A stretch of DNA of 64,000 nt. Origin: Rebecca billardiae RCC1528. Its lineage: Eukaryota; Protista; Haptophyta. Shown here one piece after another: positions 29,183 to 41,870 of this stretch (positions are counted from its first letter, which is position 1; the number at the start of each line of letters is the position of its first letter). The notes below the pieces were generated by a model that saw only the letters and a list, made by a program, of their open reading frames with translations, ran no database searches and was not told where the DNA came from. The stretch is taken from contig OZ251224.1 in NCBI GenBank assembly GCA_965240325.2, forward strand, positions 3,162,001 through 3,226,000. Direction: 5' to 3'. Made by a program: the position numbers and the translations under genes.

Positions 29183-32100
29183 TCACCCCCTGGCGATCTT
29201 GAAGTCGCGCTCCTCGACGTTTCCGGTGCCGTCCGTGTCGAGCCGCGAGACGATGAGGTTGAGCAGCTTGTCGAGCGAGTCCTCGATGGCCCGCCCCTCC
29301 TCCTGCTCGACCATCCAGTCGACCGAGCGCTCCGCGTTGAAGTGCTTGAGGCTGCCCTCCCTCACGATCTCGTCGATGAAGGCGGCGCACGTCTTCACGC
29401 CCTTGTCGAAGAGGTCCTGGTCGGTCGGCATGGCCTGCGCGCGCGGCGCGGCGCGGCGACAGACGGGCACGCGCGGCGGATGAGCGCGAACGGCGCGCGG
29501 GGTCGGCGGAGCGCTCGCGCGCGCGGGCCGAGCTGCCCGCCGGGCGCACCTTGAAGCACGTGACCCGGCAGAGCGCCTCGAGAAAGTCCGGGAAGAACAT
29601 GGAGATGAGCTTCTCGCGCCGCCGGATCTCGTCCGTCACCTGAGCGGCGGGCGGGCGGGGCGGGGCGCGCGCGGGGCGGCGGGCGGGCGCGTGTGATTGG
29701 GGGCGTGCGGCGGGGAGTGAGCGCGGCGAGGCGAGGCGCGCGGCGAGGCGCGCGGCGAGGCGCGCGGCGAGGCGCGCGCGCGCGCCCGCGCCGTGCGCGC
29801 ACGAAGGTCTGCGACCACGCGTAGCACAGGTGCGCCTCGCGCTTGGTGAAGGTCTCGTCGATCAGCTGCGCGCGCTGGCAGAACTTGACCCACTCGTCTG
29901 CGGACATCACCTGGTTCCGCTGGCGCACGTCGTCGACGACGGCGGCGAAGTGCTTGTAGATGGCCTTGAGCGAGGGGAGGTACTTGCGCAGCGTGTCGTC
30001 GCACGGCTTCGTGTACACCTTCGCGTCCCTAAACACGTCTGTGTCGATCTTCGCGCCGTTGGGCAAATTGGGGATCACGTAATCGTCAATTAATTTCTCG
30101 AGCGCCTCCGACACGTCGCGGATGTGGCCCGGCCGCACGAACTTCTCGATGGCGATGCGCACGAGGATCTGGAAGAACTCGAAGCGCATGAGCGCGCGGT
30201 CGGGGTTCACCTTGTTCAGCTCCGCCGCGTACTCCGCCTGCTCCTCCACGTTCTGCAGGATGAAGAGGTTGTCCAGATCCTGCGCACGCGGAGCGAGGGC
30301 GCAAGCAGAGGAGGCGAGGCGCGCGAAGACGACGACGACGACGGGCGGCGCATCCGCATTGGGCGGGCGCGCGGGGAGGCGGTGCGCGTGCGGAGCGGGG
30401 GCGCGGGCTGAGCTGAGCACGCACACGCGGCGGCGACGGGGCGGAGGACGCCCGAGCGTGCGCGCGCGCGCGCGTGCGCGGCGGCGGGGCGGGCGGGCGG
30501 GCGGCTGCGCGCGTGCCTTTGTCTTGCAGTACGGCGAATCCTTGTCCGGGATCTTGCAGTCGGTGAAGAACACGGTGAAGGCCATCGAGCCCCACACGTA
30601 GTAATCGTACGAGCGCTGCGTGGTGGCGTACCACGAGTAGCACGCGTACAGCAGGTTGCGGTTCTTCTCGAGCACCTCCTTGATCTCGAGCATCTCCTCG
30701 TCGCCGCCCAGGTCGTCCTCCTTGTTGATGAGCACGCGGAAGCGCTCTTGGTTCATCCGCGCCCAGTCGAGCTCAAACGAGCGCATCGTCGCCTTGTCCG
30801 AGTTCCAGTATGAGCGCGCGTCGGAGTACTTCTTGCGCGGCGCGAAGAGTGAGTCGTCGACGGTCCACTGCTTGATGTGCTCGCCCTTCTTCTCGTCGCG
30901 CAGCCGGATGTCCACCGCCGCGCGCTGCTCCACGTCGAACAGCGGGCTCTGGTGCGGCACCGTCCCAAACCAGACAGAGTCGTCCTCGACCGGGAGGCAG
31001 TGCCGATCCGGCACAGGCGCGGAGAGGGACAGCTGCAGCTTGCCGATGGGCGCGTCGCGGCGCGAGGGCGGCGGCGCGTGCGGCTTGATAGGGAGCGTCT
31101 CGAAGCCGAAGTCCTTGCTCAGGTCGGTCGGCATCGGGCGCAGCGGCGCCTCGCCCGGGTCGATCGCGTTCTTGCGGTGCCCGCGGTAGTACACGTGCGC
31201 GAGGTGGCCGTCCGGCAGCGGGATCTGCGCAAAGAGACCGCGTGAGTACCGCGAGCCCTTGCGGCCGCGCCACGCGACCATCGTGCCCTTGAGCGCGTCG
31301 GGCTCGGGGGGCAGCACCTCCTCCTCCCTCGCGCCCGACGCCGAGCCCGCGACGAACGCCTCGCCGATCGGCTTGAACTTCCACGTCGTCGCGTACTCGC
31401 GCTGCGGGTCGAGCTTGATCGTGAACGGCCGCTCGGCGCGGCCCTTGACGCGCAAGAAGCGCGCCTTCTTGTCCGGGTCGAACTCCTTGGGCGCGGGCGC
31501 GGAGGACTTGGGCATGTCCACGTCGACGACGGGCGGGAACCACCGGATGTTCGGGTGCTCGTTCACCGGCGTGCCGTCGAGCTCGGTGTACCCGATGTAT
31601 GCGCCGGGCGAGCGCGGCTGCGCGGGCGGCGCTTCGCCGATCGGCGCGCGCGGTGCCGGGAAGCTTGGCGGCCGCGACAGCCGGCCCGGCAGTGGCATGC
31701 CCTCCTCGTCAGCCGAGCCGGCGGCGGCGCCGTCGGCCGTGGCGGGCGACCCCGCCGCCGCCGCCGCGTCGTGGCCGCCCTCGTCGTCGAAGATCTCGCC
31801 GCCGTCCAGCCCGTCCGCCGCCGCGCCGCCGTCCGCGCCGCCGTCGCCGTCCGCGCCGCCGCCGCCGAGCGCGCCGCCGCCGTCGCCGCCGTCCACTCCA
31901 TCCACCGGGCTGCGCTCGCCTCCATCTTCCTCGGCGAGGACGAGGATGTCGGCGTCCGGCCCGCCGGGCCCGGTGCCCGCGTCGTCGGCGAGCTCGGCGG
32001 GGTCGCCCTCCGCGCCCTCGCCGTGCGCACGGCTCGTGCGTCGCGAGAGCGACGAGCCTGGCTGCGCGCTCGAGTTCAGTCTGCTGCGCGGGCCGGCGGC

Positions 32101-35100
32101 GGGCGACGCGCCTCGCGCGCCGCCGACGTCGCCCGAGCTGGTGCGCGAGACGCCCGTGTGTGGCCGCGAGTTGGCGCGGGAGACGCCGGTGTGCGGGCGC
32201 GAGCCGCTCGTCGAGCCGAGCCCGAGCTCGAGCGGCGGCAGCGCGTGCGCCCGCTCGGCGCCGGGCACTTTCCACGACTCGTGGAAAGGCTTGCACATGA
32301 GCTGCGGCAGCGACTTGTCAGCGCCGTGCTTGCGCCCGCCGCCGCCGAGCGGGCTGGTCGGGCGCTGCGCGGTGGACGGGCGCGCGCCGCCGTACAGCAC
32401 GCTCGCGCGCGAGCCCTCCTCCGCGCGCGAGCCCACGCCGCCGCCCGGCGGGCTCGACGGCGCCACCGAGCGCCTCGGCTTGCTCAGGTGGCCGCCGCCG
32501 CCGCCGCCGCCGCCCGGCCGGCCGCCGGTCGCCGACGCGCTCAGCTGCTCATCGCTCAACATCTCGTCGACCCACTGCATGTAGCGGCGCTTGGCGTCGG
32601 CGCGGCGCGCGCCGCCGCCGCCCTTCGCGCCGCCACCGCCCTCGCCGCCCTCGCCCTCCGTCGGCGAGCCCATCCCCTCCGCCTCCTCGTCGGAGAGCGG
32701 CGAGTCCGGTCCGGACGTGCGCAGCGGCCGCGGCCGCCCCTCCGCGGCCGCGTCGGGATCGAGATCGGCGTAGCCCGCCCAGCGCGCGTGTTTGAGCATG
32801 AGCTCGGCGCGGTACATGAGCGAGCGGTTGGCCTGGTTGAGCGCGAGGTTGCCCAGCACGCCCGACACGTGGTTCGCGATCACCTCCGACTGCGGCGTGT
32901 GCAGCATCGCCGTCAGGTGGAAGATCCCATTTTTGGCGATGTAGATTTGATTTTTCTCGTCGCCCGATAAATTCAGCAGCCCGTTGAGCGCGAGCTCGCG
33001 CAGCTCGACGGAGGACTCGGCCGCCTTGGCGACGGCGAGCAGCGCGCGCGTCGCGCCCATCTCGAGCAGCTTGCGCTTCCGCGCGAGGAACGACGTGCGC
33101 GCGAGCGCCCGGCACGCGATCATCTGCATCTCCTCGTCGCCGTCGTCCTCGCGCGCCGTCGCCATCGTCACCATCGCGCGGTCGGTCGCGTCGAGCAGCC
33201 GCAGCCGAAACTCGTCGCGCATCGAGACCTCGTGGAGCGCGGTGGCGGCGAGGCAGCGCTGCGTGCCCGTGGACTCGCTGCTCGTGCCGATGCTCACCAG
33301 CGTCTCCGCCGCGCCCTCCTCCACCAGCGGCCCCGTCAGGTAGTGCACCCGGATCAGGTTGGCGAGCACGCCGATGGCCATCGTCTGAATCGGCTGCGAC
33401 GTCGCGGTGAGCCCCTGCGAAACTTCCAGGAAAATGTCCGCGCCGACGCGGGTGAGGCGCGTGGCGTTCGACTCGTCGTGCGCGAGGCACCAGAGCGCGG
33501 CCGACGTGAAGTGCGCGAGCGTGTGCTCCACCGAGCTCGTCGCCGCCGCCTTGCCGCCCTCGACCGCCGATCGGAAAGTTCTGGAAAGTGCCTCGACGCC
33601 GCCGACGCCGCCGAGGTGCTCCAGCACTGAGCCGCCGGGCTGGCGCGGGTGCGAGGCGCGGACGAGGCCGAAGAGCGCGGCGGCGGCGTAGACGGCGCCG
33701 ACGCGCGTCGAGTCGAGCAGCTCGAGGCAGCGGCGCAGGTCGTCCTTCCCCACGCGCGCGCCGCGGCGCTCGGTCGACAGCGCGTCGCCGGCCGCGAGCT
33801 GCATCGCCGTGTAAGCGAGCGCAGTGTGCAGGCTGAGGGCAAAGCCTTTGAGCATGGCGGCGCGCGAGGTGTGCGCGGAGGCGGGGACGCGCTCGACGAG
33901 GGCGGAGCAGACCGCTAGCGCGCGCGCGAGGCCGTTCTCCGCCAGCATCGCGTTGTGCTCCGACGGCAGCGTCACCCAGTTCGCCACCGCCGCGCCCAGC
34001 ACCTCCAACCTCCGAGTCATCTTTGCACGCGCGACAACCGCCTCGAGCAAAGTAAAGAGCCGCGGCGCGACGCCGCCGCCGCCGGCGACGTCGACGAGCG
34101 CGGGGTCGGGTGCGGCGCAGGAGAGCACGCCCGCCGCGACCACGCCGAGCGCGCGGCTCGACGGCGCGAGCGCCGACGGCAGCAGGATCTCCATCGCCTG
34201 CTCCGAGAGCGCGAGGGGCGTGCCCAGGTGGTGCAGGCACGCGCCAATCGACCAGACCGCGCCCATTGCACCCTCGAGCAGCTGCTCGGCCTGCTCCTGC
34301 GCGCGCTCGTCCTCGGCGGTGGCGGGGGCGAGCCCCGGCCCCGCGCGCTCCTGCACCTCCGCGACCATCTCCTGCGCCGAGCGCATCGTCGTCACGAGCG
34401 GCTCGAGCAGACCCGGCAGCAGCTCGCGCAGCGCCGCCGCGGCAGACGACATGGTCAGCCCTGGCTGCAGCAGCCGGCGGATCGCGTGCGCGACGACGTA
34501 CAGCGCGATGGAGCGCACGGGGAGCGCGTCGTCGGTGCCCGAGGCGAGCGCGATCAGGTCGCTCACGCCGTGCACGATCACCTCCGCCGCCGACACCGGC
34601 CGCTCGCCGCCGAGAACGGACGAGTGCACCAGGATCACTGCCGCGCGACGCACGGGCTCCTCGGGCGCGCGGATGAGAGGAAGGACCGCGCGCACGCCGC
34701 CCGCGGCGACGAAGGCGGCGCGGCCGAGGTCGGTGGCGGCGAAGCGCACGAGCGCGCCGATAATCCACACCACCCGCTCCGGGTCGTCCCCGTTGTTCGA
34801 CTCGCGCGTCGCCGACTCGAGCAGCGCCTCTGTGAGCAAAGCGATCGGCATCTTGTGAAGTGTCTCGGAAACTTCCGACATCGTCAGCAGCGCCGCGGCG
34901 GCGGTGGAGCGGACGTCGAAGGAGCGGTCGTCGACGACGAGGTTCTTGAGCGTGTAGAACACCTCGGCGAATTCCTGCAGCACCGCGTGGTTCTCCACGC
35001 GGCACGCCAGCTCCCACACCTCGTGCGCGCCGACCGCCATCTGTGCCGGGTGCGCCGTGTCGTTGAGGCGCGAGAGCGCGCGCTCGGTCCACGTGGTGAC

Positions 35101-35520
35101 CACGTCGAGCTTGCGCGTGAGCTCGAGCTGGGCGAAGTCGAGCAGGATGATCGAGACCGCCGAGCCCGAGAGCAGCATCGCGCCCGACTCCGCGTCGCGC
35201 AGCACGCAGTTCTCGTAGCCGACCGCCTTGGCGGCCTTCTTGATCCAGTCGTCGTAGTTGACGGGCTTCTCCATGCGCACGGCGTACTCCTTGTCGGCGC
35301 CCTTGTACACGCGGAGCTTCACGTCGATGCTCACCTTCTCCGCCACGAGCCGCGAGTACATGAACTGGCTCAGCACGCGCAGCTTCCTGCCCACGTGCTC
35401 GCCGCGGTTCGTCATCTTGCGCCGCCCGTCGTACGAGTCGGTCTCGTCGTTCTTCGACGACTTGGCCTCGTCCGCGACGCTCGCGCGCTCAGAGGTGGGT
35501 ATCATCCGTCGGACGTCCAT
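29183..35520 (-). CDS. Large ARM-repeat protein with low-complexity linker and C-terminal EF-hand-like helical domain; introns 30280-30516 (GC-AG), 29640-29802 and 29435-29549
   Basis: ARM-like segments (AGGVRAVLPLI, SAALWCLAH, LNGLLNLSGDEKNQIYIAKNG); C-terminal LMRFEFFQILVRIA and FPDFLEALCRV; likely start MDVRRM at 35520. Confidence 0.75.
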
Positions 35521-35879
35521 CGCGGGCACGCGCGAAGCCCGCGCCGCGGAGCTCGGGGCGGCGGCGGCCCAAGGTCGCCCGCCCCCTACGCCCGTGTGGC
35601 GGGCGACACGGTTTCGGACGCCGAAACGACTTTCATCGATCATCATCACATTTTTCTGCTTTTTCTTTTTTCTCGTCGCAGCAAAAAGCTTTTTGGGCGG
35701 AATATAAGTTTCGCCTGGACACCGGACTCCACGGCGGCGAGCGAGCGTTTCATCGCCCAAACCCTCGAAAATTCCTCGGGCGCGGGCGCGGAACTCGATT
35801 CGAACCGCTTTGATCGGGCGCGACCGCGCGAGGGCCTGGCCGCTGTGCGCCACCACCGCCCACGCACACGAGGGAGCCA

Positions 35880-38800
35880 ATGGAGACGGTCGCCACCAAC
35901 GCGTCGGCGGGTACCGAGCTCGCCGCCGCGTCGCATGTGCGCGGTGCCAAGCCCACGCGCTCGACGCGAAGCCGCGCCGCCAAGGAGAACGCGGGCGGCG
36001 CGGACGCCCCGCGTGGCGGCGCGAGCGCGGCGCCAGCGATGCCACTGGGCGCAGCGAACCGCTTCGGCTATCGGGACATGACGCGGAGCGTGATCAAGCG
36101 CCCGACGCACACGCCACCCCGACCCGTGCCGCCGCGCCCCACCACCGCGCCGGCTGCGACGGGCTCGGACGAGACGATGCCGGTCGCGGCGGCCGAGCCG
36201 GTGGCCGCCGAGGAGGGCGAGGCCGCCATGCCGCCGCAGAAGCGCGCGACGCCGGTGGCCGAGGGCTCGTCGTCCGCGTCGCGCCGCCGGCGCTCGGGCG
36301 TCTTCACCCCCGGCCCAGCGCTCCTCCGCGTCAACGAGGACGGCGGGCTCGCGTCCGACTCGCCGCCGCCGACTCCGATCAACCTGACAGCCGCGGTCCT
36401 CGAGATTCTGCAGCCGGAGGTGGACGAGGCGGCGGCGCTGATGGGCATCAAGGTGCGCGCGAAGAAGTTTGACTACAAGGGCATCATCCAGCAGCAGAGC
36501 GAGCTCATCGCGCAGCTCAAGCACTGCCTCACGCAGGTCGTCGACAAGTCTGGCGAGGTGAAGGTGCGCACGCTGGCGGCAGAGGAGGGCGCCAACTCCA
36601 AGGTGCAGTCGCTCGCCAAGGCGAAGGCGCCGATGCGCGAGCAGATCGTCGCGCTGACGGCGCAGCTGGACACGCTGCGCGCCTCGCACTCCGAGTCGAG
36701 CACCGCGCGCTCCGAGCTCCAGGCGCGCCTCAGCGCCCTCGGCGCGCTCGCGGAGGCGGACAAGGCTTCGCTCGCGCACGCGACCGCACAGCTCGAGGCG
36801 ACCGAACGCGAGCTCGAGCACGAGCGCGAGCGCGCGGAGGCGGCGGAGGGCGAGCTCGCCGAGGCGCGGCACGAGCTGAGCGCCACCGACGCGCGCGCCG
36901 ACGAGCTCGAGGGCAAGCTCCGCGCCGCGGGCATCGAGCACGCCAAGCAGCTCGAGACACTCCGTGAGTCGATCGAGCGGCGCACCGAGCGGCAGCGGGC
37001 CGAGTACGAAGCCTCGCTCGGCGAGCTGCAGGAGCGGCACGACGCGGCGAGCGCGGAGGGCGCCGAGCTGCGTGCGGGGCTCGAGGACGCCACGCGCGAG
37101 CGCGACGAGCTGCGCGCGCGTGCCTCCGCGCTCGACGAGCAGAACGCCGCCCTCGCGCGCGAGCGCGACGTGACCGCGGCCGAGCTGGGCCGATCTCGCG
37201 ACGAGATTGCGAGCAAGGAGTCGCACCTGACCGAGTGCCTGCGCAACCTGGGAAGCATGCAGGCGGAGGCGATCGAGCGGCAGTCGGAGCTGCGCGAGGA
37301 GAAGAAGGCGCTGTCCGAGCGCCTCGAGCGCGCCTCCGCGCGCGCCGACGAGCTCAGCGCCGCCGCGGTGCGGTGCGCGCGCGAGCGCTCGGTACTAGAG
37401 CATGAGCTGAGCGCGGTCGACGCGACGGCCGGCCGCGCGGTCGAGGCGCTGGGCGAGGCGGAGCGCGCGCGGCTGGAGGGCGCGGAGCTGCTGCTGCAGG
37501 CGCAGTCCGAGCTCGCCACGCTCAAGGCCGAGCACGCGCGCCTCGCCACCGACGCCGCCGCCGCCGCCGCCGAGCGCGACGCGCTGCGCGCCGAGCTCGG
37601 CGCGCTCCGATCGTCGGCCGAGGGCGGCGCGGCCGAGCTCGCGACCGAGCGCGCGCGCGCGCGCGCGACCTCGAGGTGGAGTTCCGCACGTACAAGGAGC
37701 ACTGCGGCACGTCGAGCGTGGAGCAGATGAACGCGCTCGTGCGGCTGCAGCGCGAGTGCGAGGCGCTCAACGCGCGCTTCGAGGAGACCCGCGGCCAGCT
37801 CGGGCAGCGCGAGGACCTCACCAAGTGTCTGGAGGCGCAGGCGTCGGAGCGCGCCGCGTACGTCGCCGAGCTCGAGGGGAAGCTGCACGAGGCGGAGGAG
37901 ACGCGGCGCAAGCTGCACAACACGGTGCAGGAGCTGAAGGGGAACATCCGCGTCTTCTGCCGCGTGCGCCCCTCCAAGGACGCGCCCGCCGCGCCCGACG
38001 CCGCCGCGCCGCCGTCGTGCCTCGACCTCAAGCCGGATGGCGCGTCCGTGCACATTGCGACCGTCTCGGCCGGCGAGAAGAGCGCGCGCGAGGCGTCGCA
38101 CCAGTTCGGCTTCGACAAGGTGTTCGCGCCGCAGACGTCGCAGGCGGACGTGTTCGACGAGGTGTCCGCGCTCGTCCAGTCCGCGCTCGACGGGTACAAG
38201 GTGTGCATCTTCGCGTACGGCCAGACGGGCAGCGGCAAGACGTACACCATGCAGGGCACGGCGGACGAGGCGGGCGTCGGGATCGTGCCGCGCTCGCTCA
38301 AGCAGATCTTCCACGCGACGCGCGCGGCGGAGGAGAAGGGGTGGACGTACGCGCTGCACGCGTCGTTCATCGAGGTGTACAACGAGAACGTCAAGGACCT
38401 GCTCGCCGCGCCCGGCGCCGCCGCGCCCAACCACACCATCAAGCACGACGAGGCGTTCGGCACGGTCGTCACGGACGTGACGCGCGTCGAGGTGACGAGC
38501 GCGGAGCAAGTCGACGAGCTCGCGCGCGCGGCGGCGCGGCAGCGCTCGGTGGGGTGCACGGACATGAACTCGGTCTCGTCGCGCTCGCACGCGATCTTTA
38601 TGCTCTACCTCACCGGTGCGCGCGCCGCCCGCGCAACCCGCCCGCCGCTGGCCGCTGCAGCCCGCTGCGCTCCGGCCGCGCCGCGCGCGCGCGCCGCGCG
38701 CCGCCACCGCTCACCCGCGCGCGCCGCGCGCCCCGCCGGCTGATCACCTGCGCCGCGCGCCGCAGGCACGAACGCCTCCGTCGGGCACACGCTGCACGGC

Positions 38801-39501
38801 GCTTTGCACCTCGTCGACCTCGCGGGCTCGGAGCGGCTCTCGCGCTCGCACGCCGAGGGGAAGACCCTCAAGGAGACGATGGCGATCAACAAGTCGCTGA
38901 GCGCGCTGTCGGATGTCTTCACGTCCATCACCAACCGCGCGGGCCACGTGCCTTTCCGCAACTCCAAGCTGACGTACCTGATGGCGCCGTGCCTCTCGGG
39001 CGACGGCAAGACGCTGATGGTCGTGAACGTGGCGCCCGAGGTGCGCGCGCCGCCAAGCCCCCACGCACGCCCTCCGCCGACGCCGAACGCGCTCGCGCCC
39101 GGTCGGCGCCCTGAGGCTGAGAGCGTGCGCCCGCGCCGCCGTGCCCGCGCCGCGCCCCGCTCGCTTCGTCTCTCCTCGCGCAGGTGGACAACAGCATGGA
39201 GAGCCTCAGCTCGTTGAGATTCGCCAGCCAGGTGAATGCGTGCGAGATCGGCCGGCCAAAGCGCTCGGTGCGCGCGGCCGGCGACGGCTCGGCCGGCGCG
39301 GAGCGACCCGAGTCGCGCCCGTCGCTCGCGAGCTCGTCGCGTGTCTCGACGACGAGCAGCGCGGCCGGAGGCGGCTCCAAGCAGCCCGCCTCGCGGCCGA
39401 CGAGCGGCAACGGCGCTGGCGCTGGCACGAAGCGACCGGCCGGCGCGGTGAGCGGCGCGCCCGGCGGTGGTCCGATGAGGCGGCCAGCGACTGCGCGGTG
39501 A
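35880..39501 (+). CDS. Kinesin-14 (C-terminal motor, KIFC1/Kar3-like), full-length copy with +2 frameshift at 37649-37667; introns 38616-38765 and 39041-39183
   Basis: Basic tail, long coiled coil, neck [24 protein letters not shown]-loop [36 protein letters not shown]. Confidence 0.93.
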
Positions 39502-40255
39502 GTCTCATACTCATCATGCTCAACGTGGGTCGAGCCGACGGTGCTTGCTGCATGTGGACGAATCGGTGGTGCCAGCGCAGCGGCGGCCCGCCGACAGTCG
39601 GTCGTCTGCTCCTACGGATTCTGCTGCCTTCGGGGCGCCACGCGCGCCTGGCGCGATCGCCGACTCGGCCGAGTGAGCCGAGTCACCGCGACGGCGACTA
39701 CTGGTAGTGGTGATGGTCCGCACGTAGTACGTGTCACAGCCATCTGACCGACTGACGGCCCAGACGGGCCTGATGGCTACTGATAACTGAAGCCTACCGT
39801 GATCACTTGAACTTACTCACTAACTCAGTTGAACGACACCAGTCGCCAGTCGGCAGTCGCTGCTGTCGACCTGTGTCCTGTCGTTTATTATATAATTATA
39901 ATATATTCGGCGGCGGATTTACTCATTCTTACTTCTCGAACTTACTGCATCATGAATAATCTGCTGATGACGACTGCTCGGCTGCTAGATAGCAGGACGA
40001 TGTAGTCGAGTGTAGTAGTTGGGCGGGCCACCCGCCAGTCCCGCCACCGGCCGTCACCGACTCCGAGGCGCCACTGTGCCGCCGGCGCCGTCAATCGTCA
40101 TCAGCATCGCGCCACTCGGCCACTACTCCAGGCCACGAAGGAGGTGGGCACGTGAGGGACGCGGATGCGAGCATCGCGACGACCAGCCCCGGCGTGATGC
40201 GCGTGCCGCACCCTATGCGCGACAAACAACGTGCTCGATCGTGCGCTGGCACAGC

Positions 40256-41659
40256 TCAGCGCCGACGGCCGTCGATGGTGGGCTGGCGCGAGGTCGGCGC
40301 GAGCGGGGCGCGCCGCCCCGCGAGCGCGCTGCTGCCGTGAGCATCGCTCGCAGGCGCCTTCGGCGCCGGACGCCCGGTGTGGTCGCCGTGAGGCGCGTTC
40401 TCCTTTCCACCTGTGGGCGAGAGCCTTGGCGCTGGCATCCGCACGCTGAGCGTGCGCGGCGTCGCTGCGCCAGACGAGGCGGCGGGCGCGGGCATGGGCA
40501 GAGCGCTCGCGCGAGTCGATGCGGCGCTGGCCGCCGACAGCCGGCGCGGCGCCGACGCTGGGCGTTGGCTGGGCACCTTTGCTGCGGTGCTCGGGGCCGA
40601 GGTGGTTCGCGGCGACTGACGGGACATGCCCGTCGCGGTCGCGGGCTGCGCCCGCCGCGACGGTGCGTGCCGCTGGCCCTTGTCGCCGTAGCGGCGACCA
40701 CCGCTCGGCGCGCGCGCCGTCACCGACGACGTGCGCGCGGGCTTTGGGGCGGTCACGCCGGCCGCCGGGTTGTGGAGCAAGTAGCCGTGCAGCTCGGCCT
40801 CGCGCACCGTCTGCCGCGCGAACTTGCGCTTCAGCGTCTCGTACTTGGAGCTCACCTCCTGCAGCCGGCGCAGCGCCTGGCTCGCGTCGTGCGGCGGCGC
40901 CTCCTGCGCGGCGGCGGGCGAGCGCGAGCGCGGCGACGCCGCCGGGCTGGCGGCAGAGGATGCGGCGGCGGCCGCGCTCAGCCTGGGGCGCGGCTCGCGG
41001 CCGTCCACACCGGCACGTAGCAGCGCCGCAACCTGCTCGCGGAGCGCATCCACGTTATCGCGCACGTCGAGCAGCTCGTGCTCGAGTCGGTCCATCCGCT
41101 CGCGATTGTCGGCGAGCTGCCTCTCGACCGGCGCGGCTTCGGCGCGCTCGCTGTCGCGGGTCGAGGCTGGAGCCGGCGGGCTGCGCGCCAGGCGGGCGGA
41201 CGGGGGATCCGCGTCTAGCCTCGCCGAGCTCGAGCCGCCACCCCTCGATCGGCGCGCGCTGCCGTGCCGCCGGGGCGGCGGCTCGTCGGCGAGCTCAGCG
41301 AGGCTCGAGCTCTTGTTCTCCTCACTCGGCGCCGAGGTGGTCACTTGCGCCTGGAGGAGCTCGAGCTGCTCGGTGTGCTTCACGCTCTCGTCCCGACGCA
41401 CCGCCTCGAAGTCGCGCAGCCGCTGCTCCAGCGACTGCACCTCGGTCTGCGCGTGCGAGCGGTACGCCTCGATCTGCGCCTCCTGCTCGCGCGCCTTCTC
41501 CTGCAGCTGCAGCTGCTCGGCGCGGGCGCGCTCGAGCTCGGAGCGCAGCGTGCTGCGCGACGAGCGCTCCGCGGTGGCGGCGTCCACGCCCGACGTCTTG
41601 AGCAGCGAGTCGAAGTACTTGTCCTCCTGCTGCTTGAGCTCGTCGAGCAGCGTCTCCAT
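40256..41659 (-). CDS. Hypothetical coiled-coil protein with disordered S/P/R-rich tail (copy 1)
   Basis: First in-frame ATG is METLLDELKQQ; three coiled-coil segments. Confidence 0.7.
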   Translation of the reverse strand: METLLDELKQQEDKYFDSLLKTSGVDAATAERSSRSTLRSELERARAEQLQLQEKAREQEAQIEAYRSHAQTEVQSLEQRLRDFEAVRRDESVKHTEQLELLQAQVTTSAPSEENKSSSLAELADEPPPRRHGSARRSRGGGSSSARLDADPPSARLARSPPAPASTRDSERAEAAPVERQLADNRERMDRLEHELLDVRDNVDALREQVAALLRAGVDGREPRPRLSAAAAASSAASPAASPRSRSPAAAQEAPPHDASQALRRLQEVSSKYETLKRKFARQTVREAELHGYLLHNPAAGVTAPKPARTSSVTARAPSGGRRYGDKGQRHAPSRRAQPATATGMSRQSPRTTSAPSTAAKVPSQRPASAPRRLSAASAASTRASALPMPAPAASSGAATPRTLSVRMPAPRLSPTGGKENAPHGDHTGRPAPKAPASDAHGSSALAGRRAPLAPTSRQPTIDGRRR

Positions 41660-41870
41660 GGCCTCGGTGCACGATTTGAGCTTCGAGCTGGCGCCCAATC
41701 GCCCCAACCGTCCGCCGGGCGGCGACCTGGTCCGGGCACGGGCCCAGGCCGCCGGACTGCACCTGCACGGGCCGGCAACTCGTCAGGAGCCCAGATCAGC
41801 AGGGCGGCGGGCGGCCAAGCCGCGCTGACGCATCCGCGCTGCGCACGGCCGCGCGCGCTGCCCCGGCGCG

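Noticed and set aside
35521-36045. N-terminal 175 aa of the 2216-aa ORF
   Set aside because: Runs through the AT-rich divergent promoter and antisense to kinesin; the likely start is 35520
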